Positions 16,160-16,964 of a DNA stretch of 16,964 nt are shown here, piece after piece. This stretch comes from Chlamydiia bacterium (GTDB lineage Bacteria; Chlamydiota; Chlamydiia; Chlamydiales; 2-12-FULL-49-11), in contig JBIKLZ010000025.1 of the NCBI GenBank assembly GCA_044359535.1, forward strand, positions 1-16,964, in the 5' to 3' direction. Both the position numbers and the translations under genes were made by a program. The notes beneath the pieces are model-generated. The model made no database searches. It was not told the DNA's origin and saw only the letters and a program-made list of their open reading frames with translations. The stretch's first letter is position 1. Each line of letters starts with the position of its first letter.

Positions 16160-16963
16160 TTACTCTTGATTTTCATTACAGAGTTCATTTGCAATTTCTT
16201 CGGTTGTAATGTTATGTAAATGGCTTCTATCTCTAATACAACGCAGTATGTCCTTGTCCATTTTTGCCCAATCAGGAGCTTGAAATCGAAATAAAAAATG
16301 GTCAGAAGCAATCAAGGTGCAAAGAATGTCTGGATTGTCTTTTAAAAGTGGATTAGCATGCTCATATGCAAACCCATTTTTACTAATTGCATATTTTACA
16401 GTATCAGGATCATTTTTTAGTCTCTCTGAGGCAAATTGAAGTGCCAGTCCATTCTGATCAAGAGCCATTTTAACAGTACGAGGATCATCTTTTACTCCCT
16501 CTGAGGCAAATTGAAGTGCCAATCCATTTTGCTTAAGAGCTTGTTTAACAATACTAGGATCATTTTTTCGCTCGTCTGAGGCAAATTGAAGTGCCAGTCC
16601 ATTCTCCCGCAAAGCAAAATCAATCGTAGCACCAAAATCTTCTCCATTTTTTATCGATCGGGAGGCAAATTGAAGTGCCAATCCATTGTTACTAAAAGCA
16701 GCGATACAAACTTGCCAATTCGTCTTAAAATAAGGGTAAAGTTTAAGTCTCATTCCATCTATTTTGACATCTGCAATCGCCTCTCCTAAACTAACCCTTT
16801 GGACTTCAACGGTCTCCATGTCATTGTGGGAAGAGTGTGATGAAGTATTACCACTTGGTTCTGAATGACGGGGTCTATAAGACCCATTTTGAGCAGGTGT
16901 GTATACACCTTCTTTATTTCTTAAAACTTCTCTGATAATCAACCCAATGAGTGTAGCAGGAAG
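16160..16963 (-). CDS. DUF4116-like repeat protein, 5'-truncated by window edge
   Basis: Four NGLALQFAS-x-KN/DDP-xxV-xxA repeats of ~25 aa plus a degenerate fifth (NGFAYEHAN). The frame stays open upstream of the TTG at 16942 to the window end (LPATLIGLIIREVLRNK). Confidence 0.8.
   Translation of the reverse strand, partial: LPATLIGLIIREVLRNKEGVYTPAQNGSYRPRHSEPSGNTSSHSSHNDMETVEVQRVSLGEAIADVKIDGMRLKLYPYFKTNWQVCIAAFSNNGLALQFASRSIKNGEDFGATIDFALRENGLALQFASDERKNDPSIVKQALKQNGLALQFASEGVKDDPRTVKMALDQNGLALQFASERLKNDPDTVKYAISKNGFAYEHANPLLKDNPDILCTLIASDHFLFRFQAPDWAKMDKDILRCIRDRSHLHNITTEEIANELCNENQE
16428..16687. repeat. Four copies of a 26-nt coding repeat core GAGGCAAATTGAAGTGCCARTCCATT
   Basis: Copies start at 16428, 16503, 16578 and 16662 (periods 75, 75, 84 nt, all in frame) and encode NGLALQFAS on the - strand. 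Confidence 0.95.
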
Positions 16964-16964
16964 A

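Noticed and set aside
16428..16687. CRISPR-like array (26-nt repeats with ~50-nt spacers)
   Set aside because: Periods are multiples of 3 within an open frame encoding NGLALQFAS repeats, the spacers share sequence (GGATCAT), and there are no cas genes in the window.
333..16789. Other short alternative-frame and antisense ORFs in the track (e.g. 333..566, 1540..1866, 4844..5128, 6438..6692, 12538..12804, 13935..14192, 16586..16789)
   Set aside because: Fully nested in well-supported genes, with shadow-ORF composition and no motifs.

Overview
AT-rich bacterial chromosomal segment, most likely from an environmental member of the Chlamydiota. This is an inference from the sucC-sucD-htrA-M16C protease-nrdAB neighbourhood, a triple-ATP-cone NrdA and a class Ic Mn/Fe-type NrdB. 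Order: start of a divergent gene at the left edge; sucC, sucD, an M50 site-2 protease with a TPR-like tail, HU and htrA on +; a PreP-like M16C zinc protease on -; an orphan 446-aa effector-like gene on +; then on - nrdB, nrdA (preceded by two NrdR boxes), an orphan helical protein and a 5'-truncated DUF4116-like repeat protein. I see no tRNA/rRNA, transposase, phage gene or CRISPR array. The most notable signals are (i) inverted repeats pairing the ribosome-binding site or start codon with sequence at or upstream of the predicted promoter at five or six gene starts, including a fourU-like hairpin at htrA, (ii) a ~160-nt inverted-repeat-bounded element between divergent genes, (iii) a class Ic NrdB with Phe at the position of the C. 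trachomatis Tyr222 activation relay, and (iv) nucleotide-level homogenised cores in the DUF4116-like repeats. All structures and promoters were found by eye and need computational or experimental confirmation.
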